Assembly (NCBI GenBank): GCA_025359845.1
Contig: JANYDT010000076.1
Span: 307 to 64,306, forward strand
DNA: 64,000 bases
Direction of reading: 5' to 3'
Source: Acidimicrobiia bacterium
GTDB taxonomy: Bacteria > Actinomycetota > Acidimicrobiia > Acidimicrobiales > JANYDT01
The number at the start of each line of letters is the position of its first letter. Position 1 is the first letter of the stretch. This document shows positions 1 through 9,853 of this stretch, piece after piece. The notes below the pieces were generated by a model, which saw only the letters and a program-made list of their open reading frames with translations, was not told where the DNA came from and did not search any database. The translations under genes and the position numbers were made by a program.

Positions 1-167
1 ACATCGCTGGGGCCGCGAACAAGGGTTGCACACTGGTCGGCGGAGTCGGGTCCTCACATAAAGGAGGTCGGTACATCTGTGCGGCGTCGAACCGTTCCGC
101 GGTCATTCGACTCGGAGCGCTTCCGGTCGCGCGCTCGACGACCAGGCGCGGCAATTCTTCAACACTG

Positions 168-602
168 TTGACCTCTGCAACCCAGGTTGCGTCGACTCCG
201 ACCACTGCCGGGTCCTCCATCGGCCCGAATCCGGCCGCTCCCGCAACCAGCGTCGTTGTCAGTACGGCCGTTCCCATTACCGCCCCGCTCCGCACGACCA
301 CGATCCCGGCCCCAACCATTCCGGTCGCCGTCCAGACGATCGCATCATCCAACCCGACGACCCTTGTTTCGACCGCCGAGGCGACCACGCCTCCAACGAG
401 CGCCTCGACCACTGCAGCGACCATCGCCGTTGTCACTACGCCCCCAACCATTGCCACGACGGTCGCCGTTTCCACAGCACCTCCGACCACCGTGTCGCCC
501 GTGACGACCGCTCCACCATTGGGTGGGTCAATTTGCAAGGACGGATGGCACTCACCGAGCACGGGCAGCGGGACCTGTTCTCATCACGGTGGCATTGCAT
601 AA
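168..602 (+). CDS. Thr/Pro/Ala-rich protein with C-terminal DUF3761-like Cys motif
   Basis: The translation is low-complexity T/P/A/V. It ends in CKDGWHSPSTGSGTCSHHGGI, which matches the C-x-DG...S...G-x-CS-x-HGG pattern I associate with DUF3761. The frame stays open back to nt 3 with no ATG/GTG upstream. The true start (TTG 168, or outside the window) is unresolved. Confidence 0.55.
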   Translation: MTSATQVASTPTTAGSSIGPNPAAPATSVVVSTAVPITAPLRTTTIPAPTIPVAVQTIASSNPTTLVSTAEATTPPTSASTTAATIAVVTTPPTIATTVAVSTAPPTTVSPVTTAPPLGGSICKDGWHSPSTGSGTCSHHGGIA

Positions 603-1268
603 CCGTCGTGAGGGCTCCTTGGTCGCGTCACCCCTTCGCTCATCGACGCGGTTTCGTCGCCCCCACACCAGCTGATCAGGTTCGCGCGATGTGCTCTGGT
701 TGTCGGGCATTTTCCGCCGCCAAATGGTTTCGCGTAGTGAACGAAAGCTTGCTGAGAATAATGTCCGAGCGCGCCAATGCGCGACGAAACTTCGGCTGCG
801 TACGCAAGGCGATCGCGTCGTCGTTGCGGCCCTGACCTCGAGCGTCGGCGCGACATCTCGCTCGCAACGCGATGCCAATACGATGTGCGGCGTGGCGCGG
901 TGTTGCTCGATAGCGCGCAGGCCAGCGTCGGCGTCGGACTCGACCAGGCAGTACGCATGAAGCGCCGCTGCGGAGGCGCTGCGGGCATCACTCCGACGAG
1001 CGCCCTTTTTTTCGAGTTCGGACATGACCGATCGAGCGAGATCGACGCGGTCGGCCCAGTCGATCGCTTCGGCGTCGCCGACTAGAGCTCCCCCGAATGA
1101 ACTGTTCGGCAATTTGACGGGTAGTCGCGCCGTCCTGCGCTAGGGCCAGGCCAGAACTGCGATGAAGATCTCGGCGAGCGGCGTCCGGCATTTCATCATA
1201 GAGAGCTTCCCGGATGAAGTCATGACGGAAGGCGAGTTGGTTGTTGTCGCCTTTGCACTCAGGCCGCG

Positions 1269-2285
1269 GTGCCCTTCATCGAGCAAGGTGTTGCCGCGGC
1301 GCAAGACATCGCCTCGAGCAACCCCTTGGATTTTTACAAGAAGGCCCTGGCCGCAGACCCTTCGTGCGTGTCTGCGCGAGTGCTTATAGCGGTCGGTGAT
1401 CCGTCGGTAGCTCGTGGTAACGACCAGGTCACAGCAGCACTTTCCCCAGTCCAAAGGCTGCCGGCGGCTGAGCGAATCGCCCTGCAATATTTGGCGGCGC
1501 GATATCGCTTTGATGTGTCCGGCCAAACGAGGATTGCCGATGAGTTACTCCGTGAATTGCCGCGCAACGCCATCGCGCACGCATTTCGTGTTGAAGCGCT
1601 GCAATTGAGCGGCAATAAGGCGGCATCGGAAGCCGAGTACACCAAGGTATTGGCAATCGACCCGTCCTTCGTCGGGGCCTATCTCGCCCTTGGCTATGCG
1701 GCCCTGGAACGCGATGACCTGTCCGGCGCGTTGCGCAGGTTCAGCAAGTTGGTCGAGTTGCGACCCAAGACTGCCAAAGCGCACGACGCGCTGGGAGAGG
1801 ATCTGCTTAGCGCCGGGCGTTTTACAGAGGCTTCGGCGGCGTTCGAAAAGGCGATCGCGATCGACCCGGAGTTCGCACCGGCCTATGCCGGCGACGGGGT
1901 GGTGAAGTTCTACGACAACGATCAACCCGGTGCCGTAGCCGCGCTCAAGGAGTATGTAGGCCACAGCCAAGGTCCCCCGGCGAAAGCGGCCGCCGAGATC
2001 GACCTGAGCTACATCGAGCTCGCGCACCGCGATGCAACGGCCGCCGACAAGGCCCTCGACAACTCGATCGCCCTGAAGGCAGGCGACCCCTATTGGCCGG
2101 TGCTGATCGCCATCCTGCGCGGGTCGCAGCGCGAATACGCCGGCAGCCACACAGACGCCGTAGCGATGCTCAATCGATTGTCTGCGTCGATCCAAGCGCA
2201 GCCAGTCCTGGCCCATCGGCTGGGTCACCCCCACCGATATGGGGCGCCACGACAGAGCGGTCCTATCGCCCCATATCGGTCCTAG
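1269..2285 (+). CDS. Tetratricopeptide (TPR) repeat protein
   Basis: 338-aa ORF with consecutive 34-residue TPR-like units, e.g. AEYTKVLAIDPSFVGAYLALGYAALERDDLSGALRRFSKLVELRPKTAKAHDALGEDLLSAGRFTEASAAFEKAIAIDPEFAPAY. The start codon is uncertain. Confidence 0.6.
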   Translation: MPFIEQGVAAAQDIASSNPLDFYKKALAADPSCVSARVLIAVGDPSVARGNDQVTAALSPVQRLPAAERIALQYLAARYRFDVSGQTRIADELLRELPRNAIAHAFRVEALQLSGNKAASEAEYTKVLAIDPSFVGAYLALGYAALERDDLSGALRRFSKLVELRPKTAKAHDALGEDLLSAGRFTEASAAFEKAIAIDPEFAPAYAGDGVVKFYDNDQPGAVAALKEYVGHSQGPPAKAAAEIDLSYIELAHRDATAADKALDNSIALKAGDPYWPVLIAILRGSQREYAGSHTDAVAMLNRLSASIQAQPVLAHRLGHPHRYGAPRQSGPIAPYRS

Positions 2286-2340
2286 CGCCCCAGTTCAGAT
2301 CACCAAGGACTGGCCAATCCGAGGTGCCGATGGCCAGGCG

Positions 2341-3477
2341 CTAGCAGCCCGTGAACGTGGGCGCCGACGCCAGCCGCTGGGTCACCAAATCAATTCGGTC
2401 ATCGGGCTGAACGAGAGCGACTCTGATGTATTCGGAGCCCGCGACGCCGTAGAATTCGCCGGGCGACACGAGCGCACCGCCGTGGCGCGCCAACCACTCG
2501 GTCGCAGCCCAAGCGTCACCGCCCGGCACTCTGATCCACAAATAGAAGCTTCCGCCGGGCAGCGCGACCGAGAGGCCCAGTCCTCGCAAGGCTTGAGCCA
2601 GGCGTTCCATTCGAGCGCGGTAGCGGCCCCGCTGCTCATCGACGTGTTGGTCGTCGCCGTAGGCCACTGCGCCGGCCGCTTGAACCGGACCGGGAACCAT
2701 GAATCCGGCGTGCTTGCGCACCTCGGAAAGAAAATGCACGAGGGCGCGGTCCCCGGCGTAGAACCCAATCCGTAGACCGGCCAAATTGGACCGTTTCGAA
2801 AGAGAGTGGACGGCCACCACGCCCTCGGTCCCATGGGCAAGAATTGTGCGTGGCGGCCCGTCCCACGTGAACTCGATATAACACTCGTCGCTAAAAACCG
2901 CGACATCGTGGGACCGACCCCACGCCGCTGCCTGGCCCAGATCGTCGAGCCCGCCCGCTGGGTTGCCGGGCGTGTTCACCCACAGACACAAGGCCCGGGC
3001 GGCGTCTTCGGGATCGATGGCCGTGAGATCGATCCGGAAGGCTTCATCGACCGGCACGGGAACCGATCGACACCCGGCGAACTGGGCCCCCATGTCGTAA
3101 GTGGGGTAAGCGATCGCCGGGTAGAGCACGGTGTCGCGGTCGGGACGAAGGAGCCGGAGGTATTGCGGCGTGGTGGCGACGAATTCCTTCGTCCCGATGC
3201 ACGCCGCCACCTCGAGAGCGGGGTCGACCTCAGCCCCGAGCCGACGTGCCACCCAGGCCGCGGCTGCTTCTCGATAGGCCGGCGATCCCAATGAAGTCGG
3301 ATAGCCGCGCTCCGAACCCGATCTCGCCAGCGCCTCCACGACTGCGGGAAGGGGTGGGTCGCACGGTGTTCCCACCGATAGATCGACGAGCCCCCCCGGA
3401 AGCCCCGCCGCCAGCTTTTTCGCCCCGTCGAGGCGATCGTAAGGATACGGCGGGACGACGAAACCGGTCGAGGCCAT
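2341..3477 (-). CDS. dapC: Class I aminotransferase, actinobacterial succinyldiaminopimelate transaminase type
   Basis: From the internal ATG at 3477 the protein reads MASTGFVVPPYPYDRLDGAKKLAA..GGLVDLSVGTPCDPPLPAVVEAL...GYPTSLGSPAYREAAAAWVARRLG. The PLP-lysine context is HSLSKRSNLAGLRIGFYAG. This matches my recollection of the DapC_actino family. The annotated ORF start at 3573 is an Arg-rich extension. Confidence 0.7.
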   Translation of the reverse strand: MASTGFVVPPYPYDRLDGAKKLAAGLPGGLVDLSVGTPCDPPLPAVVEALARSGSERGYPTSLGSPAYREAAAAWVARRLGAEVDPALEVAACIGTKEFVATTPQYLRLLRPDRDTVLYPAIAYPTYDMGAQFAGCRSVPVPVDEAFRIDLTAIDPEDAARALCLWVNTPGNPAGGLDDLGQAAAWGRSHDVAVFSDECYIEFTWDGPPRTILAHGTEGVVAVHSLSKRSNLAGLRIGFYAGDRALVHFLSEVRKHAGFMVPGPVQAAGAVAYGDDQHVDEQRGRYRARMERLAQALRGLGLSVALPGGSFYLWIRVPGGDAWAATEWLARHGGALVSPGEFYGVAGSEYIRVALVQPDDRIDLVTQRLASAPTFTGC

Positions 3478-3630
3478 GGCCGCCACGGTAGCCGCTCGGC
3501 CAGCCGCCGTCGATGGGCCGGGCGGGCAACGCCATCTGACTTCCTTGGCGATCCTGGGCCGTCCGGACCGCACGAAGGGGCGGTCAGGTTGGGCAAGAAC
3601 CGACTCGCCCCAACCCTCCTTCGCCCAGGG

Positions 3631-4932
3631 TCACACCAATTCCGGATAACGGGCCAGCTCGCGTAATGCCACCCCGCCCCGGCCGGCCTCGGCCCGCAGC
3701 TGATCAGCCACCGATCCGGGAGCGTGAATCCGAACTTCGGCCGGCAGCACCCCCACAAAGTCGGCCACCGCGCCGAGCACGCCACCCTCAGTGACCGCGA
3801 TGGCACAAACGAATCCGTCGGCCACGGCGTGCACCACCACAGCATCAGGATCGGGCCACGCACTCCGCGACGAGACTCCCGACGACGAGACTCCCGTCGA
3901 CGGGGACGGTTGAAGCGGTCGGCTGCGGGCGGCCGGCCCGACGTCGGGAGCGACTTCGAACTGCACCGGCTCGAGCCCCGACAACCCCGACTCCGCGGCG
4001 ACAACGCCGGCGCGCTCCATCGTGCGGGGCCGATTCAACCAGGTCGCTTCCAAGACGTAGCCGCGTTCCCGGGCGGCTGCGCCCACTAGAAGTACGACGG
4101 CTTCCTGCACCGTGGCCGCGAAAGACCCATCGGCCTCCCAGGCCGCAACCACGTCGCGGTAGTCGGGGTGGCGCCGATCCACGATGTCTTCATTTACGTG
4201 GACGGTTTGCTCCCCGGGCCGCAACAGCCCGGCGTCGCGATTGGTGGCGCCGCCCATGTGGTACACGAACACACCGGGCGCCAAAACGTTGACCCAGCCC
4301 CGTTCAACGGCTCGCCGGCACCAATCGACTTCTTCGCAGTAACCCCGTCCGAAAACGGGATCGAACAGGCCCACGGCGCTGATCGCGTCGTGGCGGATCA
4401 AGATGCAGAACCCGACGCCAACGGGAATCTCGACTCCCCGAGGCCCGAAATGCTGGGCCAGGAGCGACGAGATACTGTCGACGGTGGGCTCATCGGCCAG
4501 GAACCGATCGGGATCGAGATTGGGAAGGGAGTAGATCGACGCGCTGTTCGTCCACGCCATCACGGAGGCGATCGGCGCGGCCCCTTGAGGGCGCTCGGCC
4601 TCGGCCACGGCTTCCATCGAGGAAATGAGGTTGGACGGAAAGATAACGTCGGAGTTGGCGATGATCACGGCGTCATAGCCGCCGTCTTCGCATAGGAGGA
4701 GGGCCAGATTGAAGTTGCGAGGAATGCCCAGATTGCGCGGCGACCGGTAGTAGCCGATGCCGAGGTTTTCGCACAGGATTGCCAGCTCCGCGCTCCAACC
4801 CGGTTCCGGCGAGCAATCGTCGAGGACGAGCACATCGCACTCGGCGGTCTGGAGTCGGGCGGCCGAGCCCAGTGCCCGGGGAGTGAAGGCCCGTCCGTTG
4901 TAGACGGTGATCGCCAGCAGGGTACGCCCCAT
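3631..4932 (-). CDS. Family 2 glycosyltransferase with C-terminal extension
   Basis: N-terminus LLAITVYNGRAFTPRAL...VLVLDDCSPEPGW...RSPRNLGIPRNFNLALL...AVIIANSDV carries GT-A/GT2 features (DD, NxG, xSD). The ~170-aa C-terminal part is unassigned and contains a GVSSSGVSS mini-repeat. Confidence 0.75.
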   Translation of the reverse strand: MGRTLLAITVYNGRAFTPRALGSAARLQTAECDVLVLDDCSPEPGWSAELAILCENLGIGYYRSPRNLGIPRNFNLALLLCEDGGYDAVIIANSDVIFPSNLISSMEAVAEAERPQGAAPIASVMAWTNSASIYSLPNLDPDRFLADEPTVDSISSLLAQHFGPRGVEIPVGVGFCILIRHDAISAVGLFDPVFGRGYCEEVDWCRRAVERGWVNVLAPGVFVYHMGGATNRDAGLLRPGEQTVHVNEDIVDRRHPDYRDVVAAWEADGSFAATVQEAVVLLVGAAARERGYVLEATWLNRPRTMERAGVVAAESGLSGLEPVQFEVAPDVGPAARSRPLQPSPSTGVSSSGVSSRSAWPDPDAVVVHAVADGFVCAIAVTEGGVLGAVADFVGVLPAEVRIHAPGSVADQLRAEAGRGGVALRELARYPELV

Positions 4933-4942
4933 GGTCGCAGCG

Positions 4943-5422
4943 TTACCGGTGACCGAACAGACGACGGACGCGACCGACGGCGCGAACGACCCGATACGTC
5001 GGCGACGACTCGATCGCCGTCAACGCCCCCTGCGCCACACCCGCCGCGGCCGTGGCCACCCGCGCCTTCTCCACCGTCGCCGCCAGTTCCGTCCGGACGC
5101 CGCTGATCGTGGCGTGCAGCGCGTCAAGTTCGGCCTGGCGGCGCACCGACGCGTTCGTGGCCTCGACCAGGCGGGCCGTCAGGTCAAGGACCCGGGCGTT
5201 GGCCAGTTCGAAATCGATCAGCGCCTGTCGGAGCGACAGCGCATCGAGGCGGCGGACCAACTCGTTACGGGAGGACGCCGCCATGGTGCGCTCGGTCGCG
5301 TCGGTTGGTTCGCCCCCGAGGGTAGCGTCGATGGCGTCGGTCGGGTCGGGCCCCGCTCCGGGTTGAGCAGCGGCGGACGGATCGGTCGACGTAAGCATGA
5401 GATCTCCTCGCAGAATCGGCAT
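4943..5422 (-). CDS. Coiled-coil protein (polysaccharide-cluster associated)
   Basis: 159-aa ORF. The centre has heptad-like, Ala/Leu/Arg/Glu-rich sequence (RNELVRRLDALSLRQALIDFELANARVLDLTARLVEATNASVRRQAELDALHATISGVRTELAATVEKA). The tail is IESSPTYRVVRAVGRVRRL. No enzymatic motif is present. Confidence 0.5.
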   Translation of the reverse strand: MPILRGDLMLTSTDPSAAAQPGAGPDPTDAIDATLGGEPTDATERTMAASSRNELVRRLDALSLRQALIDFELANARVLDLTARLVEATNASVRRQAELDALHATISGVRTELAATVEKARVATAAAGVAQGALTAIESSPTYRVVRAVGRVRRLFGHR

Positions 5423-5446
5423 TTAGCCAGTGGTCGCTATCGGCGT

Positions 5447-7390
5447 TTAGCCAGTGGTCGGTGGATGGCGTTGCGGTTCGGCGAGCACGCGGCGGAACAG
5501 CCCGGTCAAGCGCTCGGCGTGGAGCGCCCAACTGTACTGATCAGCTCGCGCCAACAACGCCACCACCTGGGCCCGAGCGGCGCCTGGATCGGTGAGGAGC
5601 CGCTCGGCGGCGTCAGCCAGCGCGCCGGCATCCCATCCGCCCGCGAATAAGACGTCGGCCGGGGCGGTCATCTCCGCAATCGGTCCGAATCCGACGGTGA
5701 CAGTGGGCGTGCCGAAACGGGCCGACTCGAACGGCACCAACCCGAATCCCTCGGCCGAGGTGGGATACCAGACGAACTGGGCGTGGCGAAGTAACCAGTT
5801 GCGTTCCTCGGGCCTGAGCTCGGGCAACACCCACATGCGGTCACGGCCCAGGCCCAGCGCGGCTTCGGCGACCCGACTCGTGCCGTGGGGCACGGAGGCC
5901 CCGGCCACCACCAAACCGAGATCGTCGAAGCCGCGGTCCCACAACAGCCGGTGAGCGGCCATGGCCAACTCTCGGTTCTTATGGGTGTAGTTGACGCCCT
6001 GGACCAGCGCGAACGGGGCGCCGGCGAACCCCCGGGCGGCCAGTTCAGACGGCATAACGGCTGGTTCGCGACCCGTGAGATGGTCGGTGCCGAGCGCGAT
6101 CGCCACCACGATCGGCGGAACCGGCAGCCGGTGCATACGCATTTGGCTGATCACGTCTTCGGATATCACCGTCACGGCGTCGCAGGCCAAAAGTCCGGTC
6201 TGAATGGCGGAACGGTAGGCGATCCACGCCTCGGAATCCTTGAAATAGCCACCGTTGTGGAACGCGATCGTATCGAGCATGCCGATCACCAAACGCGGCG
6301 CGCTGGCGCGCCACCCCCCGACGTCCCATCCGGGTATGGGCTGGTAGGGCCGATACGCCACGTCCACCGATCCGACTTCGCCGAGACCACGAATGACCCG
6401 CACGCGGGGATGAGCCAACGTGTTGGCCGCGTAGGGCGGGACGGGGCCAGCGACCACGACCACGAGTTCGGTGACGTCGTCACGTTCGGCCAGGGCGGCG
6501 ATCAACTGCTGCGTCGCCACCTGCGTGCCAACCTCGTTGGGCCCGAAGCAGGAGCCGTCGACGGCGACGCGCAGGCCGCACACCTTGGCCCGCGCGCACT
6601 GATGGGCCAGGCCCAGCGCCGAGTCGCCGTGCATACGCTCCTTATCGAGAAAAGCGATCAACGAGCGGTGATGGTGGAGCAGCCAACCCCGATCGTCGGA
6701 GGAGAGCGCATTGGCGATCGGAGCGACGGCCACATCGCTAGGCCGGGTGATGTAGGTGGAGGCGTCGAGCACGTCAACAAAGCCCTTCGCCCGCCCCCGT
6801 GCCGAGAAATCGGCAATGGCGGCATCAAAGCGGGCCGAATGGGGCGCTCGGAGTTCGCCGATCGCGCCGAAGGCGGCCGCCCCGATCACGACGACGGCGC
6901 CGGTGGCGTGAACGATTGGCGCCGGTTCGGCGGGCGGACCCTTCGTTCGCAACCGCCGGGTGATCGACTCCTCGTCGAGGCGGTCGGGCGGTCGGTCTTG
7001 GGGCGCGTTGCGGATCGGGAACGACAAGAAATCGGCGGCGTTCGACAGGAACGACACGGTGGCGATACGAACGTCGGTGGCGAGCCAAAGCTCAGCGGCG
7101 GCGAAAGGGTCAGGCGGGAAGAGGACGGCGTCGTCGATCACGACGACCGCTTCGACGCCCGGGCCGAGGTCAACCGTCCCCGACCGGACCCCGGCCATCT
7201 CGGTGTTGATGAGTTCAGCCACCGAACCCACCGTGCGCCACGACACCCGCTCACCCAACCCATCGAAGCGCGGTCCGTCCTGCGGGTACAAGACGCCAAC
7301 GCGGATTGGCAAAGTAGTTCGCTCCAACAGCGACCGGACCGCCACCAAATAGCGATCTGGACTCTGGGCCACGAAGAGAACCGCACGCAT
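5447..7390 (-). CDS. Two-domain glycosyltransferase (C-terminal GT4/GT-B)
   Basis: The C-terminal part is GVNYTHKNRELAMAAH...LGLVVAG...RPEERNWLLRHAQFVWYPTSAEGFGLVPFESARFGTPTV, containing the E-x7-E-type GT4 motif. The start is chosen at MRAVLFVAQSP (ATG 7390). Upstream ATGs at 7423 and 7438 are also in frame. Confidence 0.75.
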   Translation of the reverse strand: MRAVLFVAQSPDRYLVAVRSLLERTTLPIRVGVLYPQDGPRFDGLGERVSWRTVGSVAELINTEMAGVRSGTVDLGPGVEAVVVIDDAVLFPPDPFAAAELWLATDVRIATVSFLSNAADFLSFPIRNAPQDRPPDRLDEESITRRLRTKGPPAEPAPIVHATGAVVVIGAAAFGAIGELRAPHSARFDAAIADFSARGRAKGFVDVLDASTYITRPSDVAVAPIANALSSDDRGWLLHHHRSLIAFLDKERMHGDSALGLAHQCARAKVCGLRVAVDGSCFGPNEVGTQVATQQLIAALAERDDVTELVVVVAGPVPPYAANTLAHPRVRVIRGLGEVGSVDVAYRPYQPIPGWDVGGWRASAPRLVIGMLDTIAFHNGGYFKDSEAWIAYRSAIQTGLLACDAVTVISEDVISQMRMHRLPVPPIVVAIALGTDHLTGREPAVMPSELAARGFAGAPFALVQGVNYTHKNRELAMAAHRLLWDRGFDDLGLVVAGASVPHGTSRVAEAALGLGRDRMWVLPELRPEERNWLLRHAQFVWYPTSAEGFGLVPFESARFGTPTVTVGFGPIAEMTAPADVLFAGGWDAGALADAAERLLTDPGAARAQVVALLARADQYSWALHAERLTGLFRRVLAEPQRHPPTTG

Positions 7391-7421
7391 GAGAAGTTCA
7401 CACGATACGGTCTCTCGCGAC

Positions 7422-9824
7422 ATGCGCGTGTGCACCATCGTTCCCTTTTCGCGTCTCGACGAAGCGCGAGCGCTGGCCGAGTCGTTCGGCCGCCATCACA
7501 TCGGCGAACGGCTCGTCGTGATGGTGACCGATGCTGCCGTCCCGGGCCACCTCATCGAGCCTTTCGCCTCGCAGGTCGACGCGGACAAGAACATCGAGTG
7601 GGTCACGTACCGTCATCTTGACGACGCGGCGAGGTTCGAGGCGTTGGCGGTGTCGTATGACCTTGACCCGCTTTCGCTGGTCGCCGCACCGTTTCTGCTG
7701 CGTCATCTTCTGGATCGGGGCGCGCCCAGTGCGTTATTCCTCGATGCCGCCAGCGCCATCCGAGGACGACTCGATCGCGTCCGACGCGACGCCGAGCGCG
7801 CCGGTTTGGTCCTCTGGCCGCGCCGGGGCGCGCCCTTGGAAGATCCGGAAACAGCCCCCGACGACCACGCCGTACTCGCCCGGGGGGGATTCGATTGGGG
7901 CGCGGTGGCAGTAAGCGCAGGAGGCCGGTCATTTTTGGCATGGTGGATCCAGCGCGGCGATTCGATGCGGTCGCCGCACGAGTGGATAGCGGAGGCCATG
8001 CCGCTGTTTCCCGGCCACATCGAGCGACCCGCGCCGTTGTCGCCATGGGAGCCGGCCAGCAATTCGCCGATCGTGCGCTTCGAGGGCATCGACCCACAAC
8101 GGCCGTGGATGGCTGACGCCTCACTCCCCGGCGCCCCGCTGACCCCGCTGGCCCGATTTCCCGAGTTGGCCCGCCCTTGGCGCGACCGGGCGACCCTCCT
8201 CGCCGCCCGCACCGAACGCAACTTGGCGTCCGCATGGCACTGCTACGGCGACGGAACGCCGGTCGAACCGCTTGTCCGGCGCACGTGGGCCCACCTCCGG
8301 TCCGAGGCCATCGTCGACCCTTCCATCGAAGCCCCGCCCGCCCTTGGTGATCGGGCGACGCTGGCCCGGTGGATGGCTTCGGTCGATCCCCAGGAACCGA
8401 CGGGCCTGCCCCGGCTGCTCGCCGCCACGTTTCGGGAACGCCTCGATCTGCGGGAATTCTTTACCGGGGTTGCCCATGACGGCGATGCCCGCCGCCGCAT
8501 GGTCGTCTGGGGCCACCTGTTGGGGGGCCCCTATGGAGTTCCGACCGACTTCTTGCCGCCATTGCCGCCCGGCGCTCAATCGATCGACCCGGAGCCTCTC
8601 GACGAAGAGCATCCGACCGTGCCGGGTGTGCTCATCGCGGGATACCTGGCCGCCGAAATCGGCCTGGGCGCCGCCGCTCGCCAACTGGTCCGAGCGTGTG
8701 AACTGGCGGCCCTCCCCACCGCAACGTTCACCTACCGGCACTTGAAGGGCGACCAGTTGGTGACCTTCGATGAACGCGGCGATGGGCAATCGGCCAGCGA
8801 GACGCTCATTCTCGCGGTCAACTGGCCGGAACTCCTGCGCCTGACCAAGACCCTAGGAGCCCGATACGAAGGCGCCAAGCGCCGGATCGGGCTGTGGTTC
8901 TGGGAGCTCGACGTGCCTGGTCCCGGCATGGCCGAGGCCCTGGCCTTGGTCGACGAGGTTTGGGTCACCAACGAGATGACGGCCGAGGCGGTACGGGCCG
9001 CGGGCCGCACTGACACCGGCTCGGCGGCTCGAGCGCCGATTGTGCCGGTTCGGGTCATTCCGCTGGGTGTCGACGTCGGGCCGGCGCCTGAGCCCGTGGC
9101 CCCGATTCCCAATCGTTACGAACTGGGTTTACCCGAAGGGTTCATCTTTCTGGTGGCCTTCGACTTCGCATCGGTGATGGCCCGCAAAAACCCGGTGGCC
9201 GCCGTTCGGGCCTACCAACAGGCGTTTCCCCATCCCGATGGCCACGGTCCTCTCCTCATCGTCAAGACGTTGAACGCTGCGAACTTCGTGGCCGAGGCAG
9301 CCGAGCTGAATTGGGCGTGCGACGATCGTTGCGACATCATCGTGATCGATGGGTCGTGGTCTCAGGAACGCGTTCATACGCTCGTCGAGGCCGTCGATGC
9401 CGTCATTTCGGTGCACCGCGCCGAAGGCTACGGACTGTGGCTGCTCGAAGCCATGGCCCGAGGCAAGCCCGTCATCGCCACCGATCACCCCGGCAATCGG
9501 TCGTTCATGACCCCCGAGAATTCCTGGCTGGTGCCGGCCACAATGGTCAAGGTGCCCGAAGAAGTCCCGCTTTACGGCGTAGCTGGTCACTGGGCCGAAC
9601 CCGACGTCGATGCCGGAACTCGGATCATACGCGAGGTTTACGATGGTCGCCTTGGGCCCACGGTCGCGGCGCGCACCCGCCAAGCCAGCCTCGACGTCGC
9701 CGCCCTGGCCACCGGCTCGGCGCTGGCCACCTACCTCAAGACGGCTCTCACCCCACCTTCCGTCACGGCCGACGACTTGGGCGACGTTCAGGGTGACGAC
9801 CGCGACGAACTGATCGATCCCTGA
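7422..9824 (+). CDS. Two-domain glycosyltransferase (N-terminal nucleotide-sugar transferase-like, C-terminal GT4)
   Basis: The start is chosen at MRVCTIVPFSRLDEARALAESF (ATG 7422). The C-terminal part is LIVKT...VISVHRAEGYGLWLLEAMARGKPVIATDHPGNRSFM, a GT4 EX7E region. Confidence 0.75.
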   Translation: MRVCTIVPFSRLDEARALAESFGRHHIGERLVVMVTDAAVPGHLIEPFASQVDADKNIEWVTYRHLDDAARFEALAVSYDLDPLSLVAAPFLLRHLLDRGAPSALFLDAASAIRGRLDRVRRDAERAGLVLWPRRGAPLEDPETAPDDHAVLARGGFDWGAVAVSAGGRSFLAWWIQRGDSMRSPHEWIAEAMPLFPGHIERPAPLSPWEPASNSPIVRFEGIDPQRPWMADASLPGAPLTPLARFPELARPWRDRATLLAARTERNLASAWHCYGDGTPVEPLVRRTWAHLRSEAIVDPSIEAPPALGDRATLARWMASVDPQEPTGLPRLLAATFRERLDLREFFTGVAHDGDARRRMVVWGHLLGGPYGVPTDFLPPLPPGAQSIDPEPLDEEHPTVPGVLIAGYLAAEIGLGAAARQLVRACELAALPTATFTYRHLKGDQLVTFDERGDGQSASETLILAVNWPELLRLTKTLGARYEGAKRRIGLWFWELDVPGPGMAEALALVDEVWVTNEMTAEAVRAAGRTDTGSAARAPIVPVRVIPLGVDVGPAPEPVAPIPNRYELGLPEGFIFLVAFDFASVMARKNPVAAVRAYQQAFPHPDGHGPLLIVKTLNAANFVAEAAELNWACDDRCDIIVIDGSWSQERVHTLVEAVDAVISVHRAEGYGLWLLEAMARGKPVIATDHPGNRSFMTPENSWLVPATMVKVPEEVPLYGVAGHWAEPDVDAGTRIIREVYDGRLGPTVAARTRQASLDVAALATGSALATYLKTALTPPSVTADDLGDVQGDDRDELIDP

Positions 9825-9853
9825 GAGCTTTCGCCGACTAAGCCCCGAACTCG

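Noticed and set aside
552-1191. Several overlapping minus-strand ORFs (552-1112, 584-991, 676-867, 988-1191), with patches that look protein-like and a T7 homopolymer at 1006-1012.
   Set aside because: No frame gives a continuous plausible protein, and I recognise no domain. It may be a frame-shifted regulator remnant, but I cannot support a call.
5885-7621. 578-aa plus-strand ORF. Similar long antisense ORFs occur at 19104-20432, 29873-31561, 29118-30212, 45139-46395, 49654-51006, 2976-4004, 38144-39175 and 40673-41509.
   Set aside because: Each lies antisense to, or out of frame with, a gene that has clear family motifs. The translations are Arg/Pro/Gly/His-rich with no motifs. This is the expected shadow-ORF behaviour of high-GC DNA.
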